Source of the DNA: Deltaproteobacteria bacterium
Lineage (GTDB): Bacteria > Desulfobacterota > Binatia > UBA1149 > CAYXZP01
NCBI GenBank assembly: GCA_046583365.1
Contig: JAYGCL010000074.1
Location: forward strand, 670 to 64,669
Direction of reading: 5' to 3'
DNA: 64,000 bases
Made by a program: the position numbers and the translations under genes. Below are positions 33,473 through 42,153 of the stretch, one piece after another. Every line of letters starts with the position of its first letter. Position 1 is the stretch's first letter. The notes under the pieces are model-generated. The model had not been told where the DNA came from. It was given only the letters and a program-made list of their open reading frames with translations, and searched no databases.

Positions 33473-35545
33473 ATGCAGTTGCCGGCCAAAGGCGCGACCA
33501 CCCAGGAGATCCAGGCGTTCGTGGACTGGTGTCTCGATGAGCTGAGCCTCGATGAGAAAATCTACCTGATGTCGGGTCACGGTTTTATTGAACAGTATCT
33601 GGCCGACGATGGCCAGTACAATATTTCTCCCTATCAGACCGGCGGCGGCAATGAGCGTCTGGGTTTGCCCAAGCTCATGTTTACCGACGGCCCGCGCGGT
33701 GTGGCGCTTGGCAGTTCAACGTGTTTCCCCGTGGCCATGGCCCGCGGAGCATCCTGGGACGTGGCCCTCGAAGAACGTATCGGTGAGGCCATCGGCCGCG
33801 AGGCACGTGCCCAGGGTTCCAATTTCTTCGGTGGCGTATGCATCAACCTGTTGCGCCATCCGGCCTGGGGGCGTGCGCAAGAGACCTACGGCGAGGACCC
33901 CTGGCACCTGGGTGAAATGGGCGCCGCACTGGTTCGCGGTGTGCAGCGTCACAACGTGGTTGCGACCGTCAAACATTTTGCCTGCAACAGCATCGAGAAC
34001 GCGCGCTTCAAGGTCGATGTCATAGTTGGCGAGCGCGAACTGCGTGAGGTGTATCTGCCTCACTTTAAACGCTGTGTCGACGAAGGCGTGGCCTCGGTGA
34101 TGAGCGCCTACAACAAGGTAAACGGTCCCTACTGTGGTCATAGCCGTACACTGCTGCGCACAATTCTGAAGGAGGAATGGGGTTTCCAGGGTTTCGTGCA
34201 TTCCGACTTCGTAAAGGGGGTGTACGGGCCCGATGCGGTGACGGCGGGGCTCGACGTTGAGAATCCCGAGACAGTCTTCTTCGGTGGCCCCCTGGTCGTG
34301 GCAATAGAGCATGGTGAGGTCTCGCGTGCCGACGTCGATGATGCCGCGCGCCGCATACTGACGACCTTGATGACCTTTGAAACACGCCCCGACCCGGAAT
34401 GTTACGATCTGTCGGTGGTGGCGTGTTCCGAGCATCGGGCGCTCGCACGAGAGGCTGCCGAAAAGAGTGCCGTGTTGTTGCGCAACGAGGGCGGGCGGTT
34501 GCCTCTCTCGCGTACCGGCCTGACTCGGTTAGCGGTGGTTGGGGCGTTGGCCGATAACGTCAGTCTCGGTGACCGCGGTTCCAGCCTCGTGCGACCACCA
34601 TCGACGGTCAGTGTTCTTGAGGGACTTCGCGGCTACGTCGGTGATGCGGTGGAACTCATCCACGATGACGGCAGCAACCTGGGCTCGGCCGTTGCTGCGG
34701 CGCATGCATCAGAGGTTGCGGTGGTGGTGGTCGGCTATACGCATGAGGATGAGGGCGAGTTTGTCCCCGGCGACATGACCATGGAAGGCAAGGGCGAGGG
34801 GATAGGCGGTGACCGCGACAGCCTGTCGCTGTCTGAGGCCGACGAGGCGTTGATATTGGCGGTTGCCGCCGCCAATGCACGTACGGTCGTGGTCGTGGTC
34901 GGCGGTAGCGCGATCACCATGGAGCGATGGCGTCACAGCGTCGATGCGATCCTGATGCTGTGGTACGCAGGCATGGAAGGCGGGCACGCGGCGGCGCGTT
35001 TGCTGTTCGGCGAGGTCAGCCCGAGTGGCAAACTCCCGTTTACGATTCCTACGGATACGGCCGACCTGCCTTTCTTCGACAAGGAAGCCGAGAGTATCGA
35101 GTACGGCTTGTACCATGGCTATACGTTGTTGGATCGCGACCAGATCCAACCAGCCTACTGTTTCGGATTCGGGCTCAGCTATGCGCGCTTCGACTATGGC
35201 GCAGTATGCGGCACCGTCGATGGCGACACGGTTGCACTACGCTGTGAGGTTACGAACGCCGGGGGCTGTGCGGCAGAAGAAGTTGTGCAGTGCTACGTCG
35301 GCTTCGAGCGGTCGACGATCGACCGGCCGAAGAAGCTGTTGTGGGGATTTCGCAAGCTGACGCTTGAGCCGGGCCAGTCGCGCGAGGTCGTTTTCGAATT
35401 GTGCGCCGACGACCTGGCCTACTTCGACCCCAACGGCGGCGGCTGGACGGTAGAGCCGATTGTTTACAGCGCCTGGATCGTGCCCACCTCGGCGCTCGCG
35501 CAGCGGCCGGGGTTTGAGTTCTCGGTGAACCGTGAACCCATTTAG
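33473..35545 (+). CDS. Glycoside hydrolase family 3 beta-glucosidase
   Basis: GH3 N- and C-terminal domains plus an Fn3-like tail. Start trimmed to MQLPAKGATT (AAGAGAG RBS). Confidence 0.8.
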   Translation: MQLPAKGATTQEIQAFVDWCLDELSLDEKIYLMSGHGFIEQYLADDGQYNISPYQTGGGNERLGLPKLMFTDGPRGVALGSSTCFPVAMARGASWDVALEERIGEAIGREARAQGSNFFGGVCINLLRHPAWGRAQETYGEDPWHLGEMGAALVRGVQRHNVVATVKHFACNSIENARFKVDVIVGERELREVYLPHFKRCVDEGVASVMSAYNKVNGPYCGHSRTLLRTILKEEWGFQGFVHSDFVKGVYGPDAVTAGLDVENPETVFFGGPLVVAIEHGEVSRADVDDAARRILTTLMTFETRPDPECYDLSVVACSEHRALAREAAEKSAVLLRNEGGRLPLSRTGLTRLAVVGALADNVSLGDRGSSLVRPPSTVSVLEGLRGYVGDAVELIHDDGSNLGSAVAAAHASEVAVVVVGYTHEDEGEFVPGDMTMEGKGEGIGGDRDSLSLSEADEALILAVAAANARTVVVVVGGSAITMERWRHSVDAILMLWYAGMEGGHAAARLLFGEVSPSGKLPFTIPTDTADLPFFDKEAESIEYGLYHGYTLLDRDQIQPAYCFGFGLSYARFDYGAVCGTVDGDTVALRCEVTNAGGCAAEEVVQCYVGFERSTIDRPKKLLWGFRKLTLEPGQSREVVFELCADDLAYFDPNGGGWTVEPIVYSAWIVPTSALAQRPGFEFSVNREPI

Positions 35546-35575
35546 ACCTCTCCCCTGGTTCTGTGGCCGTCGTGT

Positions 35576-36004
35576 TTACAGGATAATTTGTACGGCCATC
35601 CCGAAGATAGAGAGATAACCCGCGAAGTAAAAGATCGCCCGCCACGGTTGGAGGTGGTTCAGGTAGGCTACCCAGTGAAGCAGCCTGGCAATGGTAAAGG
35701 TCCAGCAATAGACGGCGGCGGCCGAAGCCGATGCCCCGTCGAGCACGTAGATCAGGCCGATGATGAAGAAAAGCGGGATGTTCTCAAGGTCGTTGCGTTG
35801 AATGCGCAGGGCGTGAGCGACGGCCGGGTGCTCTTGTGCATTGGCCTGTCCCTTAAAGGCCTTGGCGTCTTCTTCGTTGACAAACCTCTTGGTACGCATG
35901 CGTTGGGCTGATGTATAATTGCCCGTAAGCAGCATCTTGATTGCCAGGATTGCGCTGCAGACCGCGTAGGCCTGAAAGGCGGGATTCTCTATCAGTACGT
36001 TCAT
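35576..36004 (-). CDS. MAPEG-family membrane protein
   Basis: MNVLIENPAFQAYAVCSAILAIKMLLTGNYTSAQRMR...RIQRNDLENIPLFF is MAPEG-like. The ORF-track N-terminal extension to 36283 runs through a tRNA gene and was rejected. Confidence 0.7.
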   Translation of the reverse strand: MNVLIENPAFQAYAVCSAILAIKMLLTGNYTSAQRMRTKRFVNEEDAKAFKGQANAQEHPAVAHALRIQRNDLENIPLFFIIGLIYVLDGASASAAAVYCWTFTIARLLHWVAYLNHLQPWRAIFYFAGYLSIFGMAVQIIL

Positions 36005-36024
36005 TCGTGTTCCTCCGTATCGAG

Positions 36025-36100
36025 TGGCTCCCCGGGCCGGACTCGAACCAGCGACAAGGTGGTTAACAGCCACCTGCTCTACCAACTGAGCTACCGGGGA
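36025..36100 (-). tRNA. tRNA-Asn (GTT)
   Basis: Cloverleaf read by hand: acceptor TCCCCGG/CCGGGGA, D-arm GCTC-AGTTGGTA-GAGC, anticodon stem GGTGG/CCACC with loop CTGTTAA, T-arm GCTGG-TTCGAGT-CCGGC, discriminator G, encoded CCA. Confidence 0.85.
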
Positions 36101-36194
36101 ACGCAGTGGGGAAAAGTAACCCGGCAGCCTTGCGCGGGCAACGTGCGGGTGCCAGTAAGTGCCGGGCGGCCAGTAGCTGTCAGGGGAGGGGCTT

Positions 36195-37280
36195 ATGGGT
36201 AGCGAGTATGAAACCGGCAAGGCGTTCAACGAACTGTTGGATACGGTGAGAAGTTTTGAGGGCCATTTTCTTGCCGGTCCCAACGCCGTTACGGCCCAAG
36301 CCGATGTGCTCGACGGCTACGTCTGGGCCACCACGATGCTGAGGGTGGGGCTGGACGTTTATCTGTGGGCCGACCCTTTAAGGCCCGAGTTTAAAAATAT
36401 TCTGAGTCCCACCAAGAGATGGGGCGGTGATAATGCCGATGCCCACTATATGTTGGCGGCTATAGATGGCGAGCATTCCTACCGTATCCGTGGTCGCAGG
36501 GGGGATGCCTGTTACCTTTCGATTACCGTCTATGGAGGTCCCCGCAACGGTGACTACGGTGCCCAGCATACAGTGGCCACGCTCAACCACCGCGATATGG
36601 AGATCGAGGCCGACGGTTCCTTCGAAATTGTACTGGGAGGCGAGAAGCAGGAGGGCAACTGGCTCGGCCTCAGCGACGATTCCGTGTTTGTCATCACCCG
36701 CGACTACATGACAGATTCCGTAAATGGCCGCCGTACCGAGTGGGTAATCGAGGCCGTTGAGACGGCCCCACCGCCGCGTTCAAACGATGCCGAGATGGCG
36801 GCGCGGTTTCGTGCGGTGGCGCGTTTTCTCAAGGACCAGTTGAGTTTTCAGCCCATCCCTCTGCCGCCGGCCAACACCATGCAGGATCCGGTGCCCGCCC
36901 AGACTACTTTTGGTTGGCCTGCCGGCGACGCCATCTATGCGATGGGCAGTTTCGACCTGGCCGACGACGAGGCCCTGGTCATCAAGGGGCATTCCCCCCA
37001 GTGCGCCTTCTGGAACGTGTGTCTGTGGAACCCCTTTCTCCACAGCTACGACTACCGCAGCGAACGCGTCACCCTGAACACGGCCCAGTGCAGTTATGCA
37101 GACGATGGTTCGTGGACGATAGTCATCAGTCCCGAAGACCCGGGCCACCCCAACTGGATTTCTACGGCCGGCCGCCGGTCCGGGCTGGTCTGGTTCCGTT
37201 GGTTTCTGGTCGACGAACTGCCCGCTCCTCTGGAGACTGAGGTTGTGGCCTTGTCGTCGGCGGGCCTTCAGTCCAGATAA
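36195..37280 (+). CDS. Hypothetical protein (possibly DUF1214/DUF1254 family)
   Basis: Protein-like composition and conserved-looking blocks (WGGDNADAHY, FWNVCLWNP). Family assignment is tentative. Confidence 0.5.
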   Translation: MGSEYETGKAFNELLDTVRSFEGHFLAGPNAVTAQADVLDGYVWATTMLRVGLDVYLWADPLRPEFKNILSPTKRWGGDNADAHYMLAAIDGEHSYRIRGRRGDACYLSITVYGGPRNGDYGAQHTVATLNHRDMEIEADGSFEIVLGGEKQEGNWLGLSDDSVFVITRDYMTDSVNGRRTEWVIEAVETAPPPRSNDAEMAARFRAVARFLKDQLSFQPIPLPPANTMQDPVPAQTTFGWPAGDAIYAMGSFDLADDEALVIKGHSPQCAFWNVCLWNPFLHSYDYRSERVTLNTAQCSYADDGSWTIVISPEDPGHPNWISTAGRRSGLVWFRWFLVDELPAPLETEVVALSSAGLQSR

Positions 37281-38632
37281 CCGAGCGAACGTAGCTCTTC
37301 GCGGAGTTGTCGAGGCAGTGGGGCCGACTGTCGGCTGTCGGCGTCCGTGGCCCGGTGTTCTTCGGCCCACGAGGGAAGCTTGGCCGCCAAGCGGTAGGTC
37401 GGGTGGCCTTGGGGCAGCGGGCTGCTCTCGGCCGGGTCACGAACGCGGTCGAAGGCTTCCTGGCTGCCTTCTTCGGTGTAGATCACGATTTTTGAATCGG
37501 TGGTGGTAATCGCAATGGCCTCGCCCCTGCTCCCTCGGTGTCCGGACTTGCTGATGGCATGGCTGTAGACCGGCTGCGCGTAGCGTTGACCGCGCTCGAC
37601 GGCGGCGAGCAGCGAGGGGCCGGCGATGGGGGATTCAACACCGGTGAGGGCGAGCAGCGTGGGGGCGATCGAACGTGAGGCCGGCACCGGGCCACCGACC
37701 CGCCGTGAGGGCAGCCCCGGCACCTGTACCAGGTAGGGAACATGCAAGGTTTCTCGGTAAAGGCTGAGGGCGTGGTCGCAGTTGCCGTGTTCGAAAAATT
37801 CTTCTCCGTGGTCGGAAGTTAGCAGGACAATCGTTTTTTCACTCAGGCCGGATTTTCCCAAAGCATCAAACAGAAGCCCCAGAGAGCGGTCGGCGTGATG
37901 GATGGCCGCGTCGTAGTAGGAGATCACGGTGTCAAGGTCCCTGGGCCTCGAAGGGTTGTCACCGCGGCAAAACTCGCGGCGTTCTACCTCAAGGGTTCCT
38001 TCCAGACCCACGGCCCGTTTGTCCTGTGCTTCGGAATAGTAGGGTCGGTGGGCGTCGTAGCCGTGCAGGAAGAGGAAGAAGGGGCGGCTTCCCTGCTGGC
38101 CGATCCAGGCCAGGGCCTGCCCGATGTTGTGTTCAAAACGGCGGCCGCTGCTGGTGTAGACATCGAAACCACGGCCGAAACCAAAGTGGGCGGCTACAAA
38201 GCCGCCGCCCGTAAACCCCGCCGTGGCATAGCCGGCGGCCTGGAAGGCGCTTGCGAGCGTGGGCACCGTGGCCGGGATGATGCGGGGTGAGTGGAGTGAA
38301 GGATAGGCGGTAAGTCCGAGTTCGGCCGGCTGCAGCCCTGTGAACATCGATGCATGGGCGGGAAGCGTCCAAGCCGCCTGGCTGATGGCGTCCTCGAAGA
38401 TCACGGAGTTGCGCGCCAGGCGGTCTATGTTTGGCGATGTGTCTTTGCCGTAGCCGTAGACGCCCAGATGGTCGGCGCGTACGGTGTCCATTGATACGAG
38501 TACGACGTTGCAGCGTTTGCAGGCGGCGGCGGGGTCATCGGTGTGCGATTGTCGGCCGGTGATCTTTGAACACGAAAGCAGAGCAAGGCAGGCTAGCAGA
38601 GTTGCTGTCCGTCGAAGGCGCAGGGTCATCAT
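37268..38632 (-). CDS. Sulfatase-like hydrolase/transferase (alkaline phosphatase superfamily) lipoprotein
   Basis: Lipoprotein signal ...LACLALLSCS. VVLVSMDTVRADHLGVYGYGKDTSPNIDRLA metal-binding N-terminus, with no CxPxR FGly motif. Confidence 0.8.
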   Translation of the reverse strand: MMTLRLRRTATLLACLALLSCSKITGRQSHTDDPAAACKRCNVVLVSMDTVRADHLGVYGYGKDTSPNIDRLARNSVIFEDAISQAAWTLPAHASMFTGLQPAELGLTAYPSLHSPRIIPATVPTLASAFQAAGYATAGFTGGGFVAAHFGFGRGFDVYTSSGRRFEHNIGQALAWIGQQGSRPFFLFLHGYDAHRPYYSEAQDKRAVGLEGTLEVERREFCRGDNPSRPRDLDTVISYYDAAIHHADRSLGLLFDALGKSGLSEKTIVLLTSDHGEEFFEHGNCDHALSLYRETLHVPYLVQVPGLPSRRVGGPVPASRSIAPTLLALTGVESPIAGPSLLAAVERGQRYAQPVYSHAISKSGHRGSRGEAIAITTTDSKIVIYTEEGSQEAFDRVRDPAESSPLPQGHPTYRLAAKLPSWAEEHRATDADSRQSAPLPRQLREELRSLGYLD

Positions 38633-38674
38633 CCGTTCCCGCTCTATAGCTGGCCATCAGCAGGTGCAAAATAC

Positions 38675-40120
38675 GTGAGGCTGTTTGTAACCATAATCCT
38701 GGGGGCTTTGCTGCTGGCCGCGGCAATGTTTGTCAGCACCGGCACAGATCAGTGGTCCCCGCGCCCAAAGGTTTTTGTGTTCGGCATAGACGGGGGCTCC
38801 TGGAACGTGATCGACCCGATGCTGGCCAGAGGCGAGCTGCCCAATCTGGCTTCTCTTCACAAACGGGGTCTTCGTGGGGTGTTGCGGTCCCGCCACCCAG
38901 CCCTTTCGCCGGTGGTGTGGACGACAATTTTCACCGGCCACCTGCCCCCCAAACACGGTGTGCGCAATTGGAAAACCTCCCACTCCACCCACCGCAGGGT
39001 AAAACCCCTGTGGCGTATCACTTCACAGGCGGGCCTTGAGACCAACGTGTTCAACGTGCCCTCCACCTGGCCCCCCGAGGAAGTAAACGGGGTCATGATC
39101 TCGGGTTTTCCTTTGGCCGGATCACAGGTCGGCGGCGGTACCGGCAACGTGATGACGTTGAACGAAATATTTAATTCCAAGGCGGCGGCCATCTATCGTG
39201 ACAACAGCGATGTCCTTGCGCGGGCCGGGGTTCAGCTTGGCGTGGGTCAATGGAGCGACTGGCTCGAAGTCGGGCTTGACGATCATCCGGAATGGGAGGG
39301 GCGGATGAAGGTAAAATATCTGAGTGAGGGGAGTTTCTACATATCGCCGTTTTATCGGACCGACCCCGGCCTTGTCATCAGCCACCCTCCGGGTCTTGCC
39401 CGGCGCTTGCGATTGGAGCAGGCTTATATACCGGAAGGACCGGGTTGGAGGCGGTGGCGCGAAGACGCCACCCCGTCCTACCTCTACGACCACCTCGTCG
39501 ATGTTTCCAGAATTCAGACTTCCGCGGCCTCCATGTTTGCCGCCGGCGATTGGGATGTGTTTGTCTACGTCAACACCCTGGTCGACCGCGTTTCCCATCC
39601 CTACTGGGCCTATATGGAGCCACAGGACTACCAGGGGGTGGACCGGGACAAAGCCGGTCTTTACCGCGAGGCTGTACGCGACGCCTATCGTGAGACCGAC
39701 CGGCAGTTGGGCAGTATGCTGGCCAAGATAGACCCCGGGGCCCACGTGATCATCGTCTCCGACCACGGTTTCCAGTCCAGCCCCAACCCCGACAAACAGA
39801 TAGGCACCCATCGCTTTGACGGCATTTATCTGATGGCCGGCCCACGCATCGTTGCCGGCGATGGACGGCGTCTCAACATTGAAGACATCGCCCCTTCTCT
39901 GCTCTACCTGCTCGGTTTGCCGGTGGGTAGGGATATGACGGGTAAAGTTTCGCCCGACCTCATTGGTTTTCACCGCAGGCCGCCCGCCAGAATCGACAGT
40001 TACGAGACTGTGGAAATAGAGGGTTCCGATCTGCCGGTGGATGAGTCCACCTGGGAGCAGCTGCGTTCGCTTGGCTATGTCAGCGGCGAGGCACCGACCG
40101 GTCGTCTCAGCGACCAGTAG
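38675..40120 (+). CDS. Alkaline-phosphatase-superfamily type I phosphodiesterase/nucleotide pyrophosphatase-like protein
   Basis: N-terminal TM/signal segment, then VFVFGIDGGSWNVIDPML...VWTTIFTGHLPPKHGV. GTG start. Confidence 0.75.
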   Translation: MRLFVTIILGALLLAAAMFVSTGTDQWSPRPKVFVFGIDGGSWNVIDPMLARGELPNLASLHKRGLRGVLRSRHPALSPVVWTTIFTGHLPPKHGVRNWKTSHSTHRRVKPLWRITSQAGLETNVFNVPSTWPPEEVNGVMISGFPLAGSQVGGGTGNVMTLNEIFNSKAAAIYRDNSDVLARAGVQLGVGQWSDWLEVGLDDHPEWEGRMKVKYLSEGSFYISPFYRTDPGLVISHPPGLARRLRLEQAYIPEGPGWRRWREDATPSYLYDHLVDVSRIQTSAASMFAAGDWDVFVYVNTLVDRVSHPYWAYMEPQDYQGVDRDKAGLYREAVRDAYRETDRQLGSMLAKIDPGAHVIIVSDHGFQSSPNPDKQIGTHRFDGIYLMAGPRIVAGDGRRLNIEDIAPSLLYLLGLPVGRDMTGKVSPDLIGFHRRPPARIDSYETVEIEGSDLPVDESTWEQLRSLGYVSGEAPTGRLSDQ

Positions 40121-40123
40121 TAA

Positions 40124-40363
40124 TCAGTGGGGGACCGGGCAGTCTGCCCTGTCGTCGTCGAAGGCGATCTCACCGTCGTCAATCAGGGCGCCCAGTACCT
40201 CATTGAGGCTGTCCAGCGGTTCTCCGGTCAGGGAGTAGTAGCATACACCCCGGCGGATGGCGTCCGAGAGTTCGGCGATCAAGAACACCGTGTCGTAGGA
40301 AGAATCCTGTATGTCGCGGCGGGTAAGCGGCGCGCGTACGGTCGCGTGGCGATCGTATTCCAT
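40124..40363 (-). CDS. Small acidic hypothetical protein (79 aa)
   Basis: MEYDRHATVRAPLTRRDIQDSSYDTVFLIAELSDAIRRG... lies 13 nt downstream of the zinc-ribbon gene. An in-frame antisense ORF (40127..40468 +) also exists; the minus strand is preferred on composition. Confidence 0.35.
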   Translation of the reverse strand: MEYDRHATVRAPLTRRDIQDSSYDTVFLIAELSDAIRRGVCYYSLTGEPLDSLNEVLGALIDDGEIAFDDDRADCPVPH

Positions 40364-40376
40364 GAAGCCAGCCTCG

Positions 40377-40691
40377 CTAGGCATGCCTGGCCACCGAGGC
40401 CAGAGCGCCCTCCACTGTCTGATAGCCGTCTTCGAATGGGTCCAGGGAATCCAGGGCCGGGAAGATGAGGGTGGCTTGGAAGTAGACGGTACGGCTGCTG
40501 TCGGCCAGCCGGCGTTCGGTGCGCAAGTGTCCACCACGTCGTGAACAGCGCGGGCAGCCCAGCTTGTGGGCCAGGGCGCCGAGGTCGTCGTGGGTGACGG
40601 CTATGTCCCAACTGTAGCCACAGCCGTTGTTGCCACAGCGGGTGCGGTAGACGATGCGTGATTTGGCTTTTTGGATGTTGTTTGTGGTCAC
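40377..40691 (-). CDS. FmdB-family zinc-ribbon protein
   Basis: GTG start with AAGAGGTG RBS 5 nt upstream. IVYRTRCGNNGCGY...GCPRCSRRGGHLRTERRL resembles the FmdB CxxC...CxxC ribbon. Confidence 0.5.
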   Translation of the reverse strand: MTTNNIQKAKSRIVYRTRCGNNGCGYSWDIAVTHDDLGALAHKLGCPRCSRRGGHLRTERRLADSSRTVYFQATLIFPALDSLDPFEDGYQTVEGALASVARHA

Positions 40692-40882
40692 CTCGGCACC
40701 TCTTTGGGGGTCGTTCCCTCGTACCCCGGATACATCAATATCCGTGCCAGACCCGCCGCCCGCCCCGGCCGGGGGCCAGGCTTTAATAGGCGTGGGTGGG
40801 GTTGGCTTATGGCAGACCGGCCGGAGGCCGACGTTAGTAGTGGGGGCCGTTGTCATCCCGCAGGATTGCGCGGGACAGCTAC

Positions 40883-41335
40883 TTATTGCACCGGCGCAGT
40901 GTTTTCTACCGGTTCTGGGGGAATACTGGCTGCAGGGGCCTGTGTTCTGGAGGGTGGTCGTGTTTGTGTCTGGGCCTTGGCGCTCAGGCAGGCGTCTACC
41001 CAGCGGGCCAGCCTTTCGCGGTCGCGCCCGCAGGCTTCCAGGTCGAGGTCTGATTGGGCCGACTGGTCGTTCTGATTGACAAGACGGTCGAGGGCGTCGG
41101 TCTGCTCGTCCATCCTACGGTGGTGGAGGTCCAGTTTGCGCGCCAGAGTTTTGTAGAGTTCCTTAAAATCATGGCCGTTGCTCGACGAGGCCAGGCGGCT
41201 CCTGAGAGTATCGGTCTCCAGGACCATACTGTTAAGGGACTCGGTAAGCTTGGCCACACGTGCCCCCCACAACAGGTAACCGATGCCCAGACCAGCGAGA
41301 ATGCAGAAGAGTAGTGTGAAGGTGCGCCTCATCAC
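40883..41335 (-). CDS. Membrane-anchored coiled-coil hypothetical protein
   Basis: N-terminal TM (FTLLFCILAGLGIGYLLW), then a heptad-like region and a Pro-rich tail. Confidence 0.5.
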   Translation of the reverse strand: MMRRTFTLLFCILAGLGIGYLLWGARVAKLTESLNSMVLETDTLRSRLASSSNGHDFKELYKTLARKLDLHHRRMDEQTDALDRLVNQNDQSAQSDLDLEACGRDRERLARWVDACLSAKAQTQTRPPSRTQAPAASIPPEPVENTAPVQ

Positions 41336-41430
41336 CGGCCAAGCCTAAACAGGGTCCGGGAGGCAGTCAAAGGGGACCGCATTTGCCCGTTTCTGTTTGA
41401 ACGGCGGTTAGCTCCAGATAAGTAGGCGCA

Positions 41431-42138
41431 ATGGAGCGTAATTGCCGTTGGGGTGCTATCGTTGCGTTGGCCTGTATCCTTGTTGTACGGGTGGCCCCGG
41501 TGATGGCCGCAAGTACGGCGGGGAGCGGCCTGCAAGGGCGTATAAAGGCGGGGGTGTCTCTGGCCATACCCGAACCCCTGTCGGTGGCCGTTGACGCCTG
41601 GGCCTGCGGTGACAACGGGAGTGTGCCCGACCCGCGCCTGGTGATTGGCAAGGAGCGTGGTCTGGCCAACGTCGTGGTAACGGTCAAGAATCCCCCCGAC
41701 CTCCGGCCTTACATCAGTTTTGAGCAAACCGTCATCGATCAGAAAGGCTGTGTCTTTAAGCCTCATATGGTTCTGGTGGCCCCCGGCCAGGTTATGAAGG
41801 TGACCAACAGCGACCGTGTCCTGCATACTTTTCGTACCCGGGCCCGGGCCAACCCCAACATCAATAAGGCCCAGCCCGGGGGCAAGATAGACACCATGGT
41901 TTTTGCCAAACCGGAGATCATTCGCGCCGAGTGCGACGTGCACTATTGGATGAGTGCGGTGGTGGCGGTGGCCCCCCATGCCTACACGGCTGTGAGTGAT
42001 GGTGAGGGACGTTTCAGGATAGGCGGCCTGGCCCCGGGTAGCTACGAGCTTGAACTGTGGCACGAGACGCTCGGCAGCATATCAAGAACCATCCGCCTCG
42101 GGGACCCGAGCGGGCCGGTCCAGATCGTCTGGGAGTAG
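41431..42138 (+). CDS. Secreted cupredoxin-like (blue-copper) domain protein with C-terminal carboxypeptidase-regulatory-like domain
   Basis: Signal peptide. GCVFKPHMVLVAPGQVMKVTNSDRVLHTF plus AECDVHYWM (H...C-x2-H-x2-M type-1 Cu ligand pattern). C-terminal GRFRIGGLAPGSYELELWHETLG is CarbopepD_reg-like. Confidence 0.65.
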   Translation: MERNCRWGAIVALACILVVRVAPVMAASTAGSGLQGRIKAGVSLAIPEPLSVAVDAWACGDNGSVPDPRLVIGKERGLANVVVTVKNPPDLRPYISFEQTVIDQKGCVFKPHMVLVAPGQVMKVTNSDRVLHTFRTRARANPNINKAQPGGKIDTMVFAKPEIIRAECDVHYWMSAVVAVAPHAYTAVSDGEGRFRIGGLAPGSYELELWHETLGSISRTIRLGDPSGPVQIVWE

Positions 42139-42153
42139 GGGGCAAACCCCGGA

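Noticed and set aside
35576-36283. ORF-track 235-aa version of the MAPEG gene
   Set aside because: Codons 62-87 of the extension are a complete tRNA-Asn(GTT) gene on the same strand. The real CDS starts at the internal ATG (36004).
40127-40468. Plus-strand 113-aa ORF antisense to the small acidic protein gene
   Set aside because: It is in the same triplet register as the minus ORF. Its product is Val-rich (mirror of Asp codons) and ends in a Pro/Arg-rich tail. The minus-strand gene sits 13 nt downstream of a gene with a strong RBS. It was kept as an alternative only.
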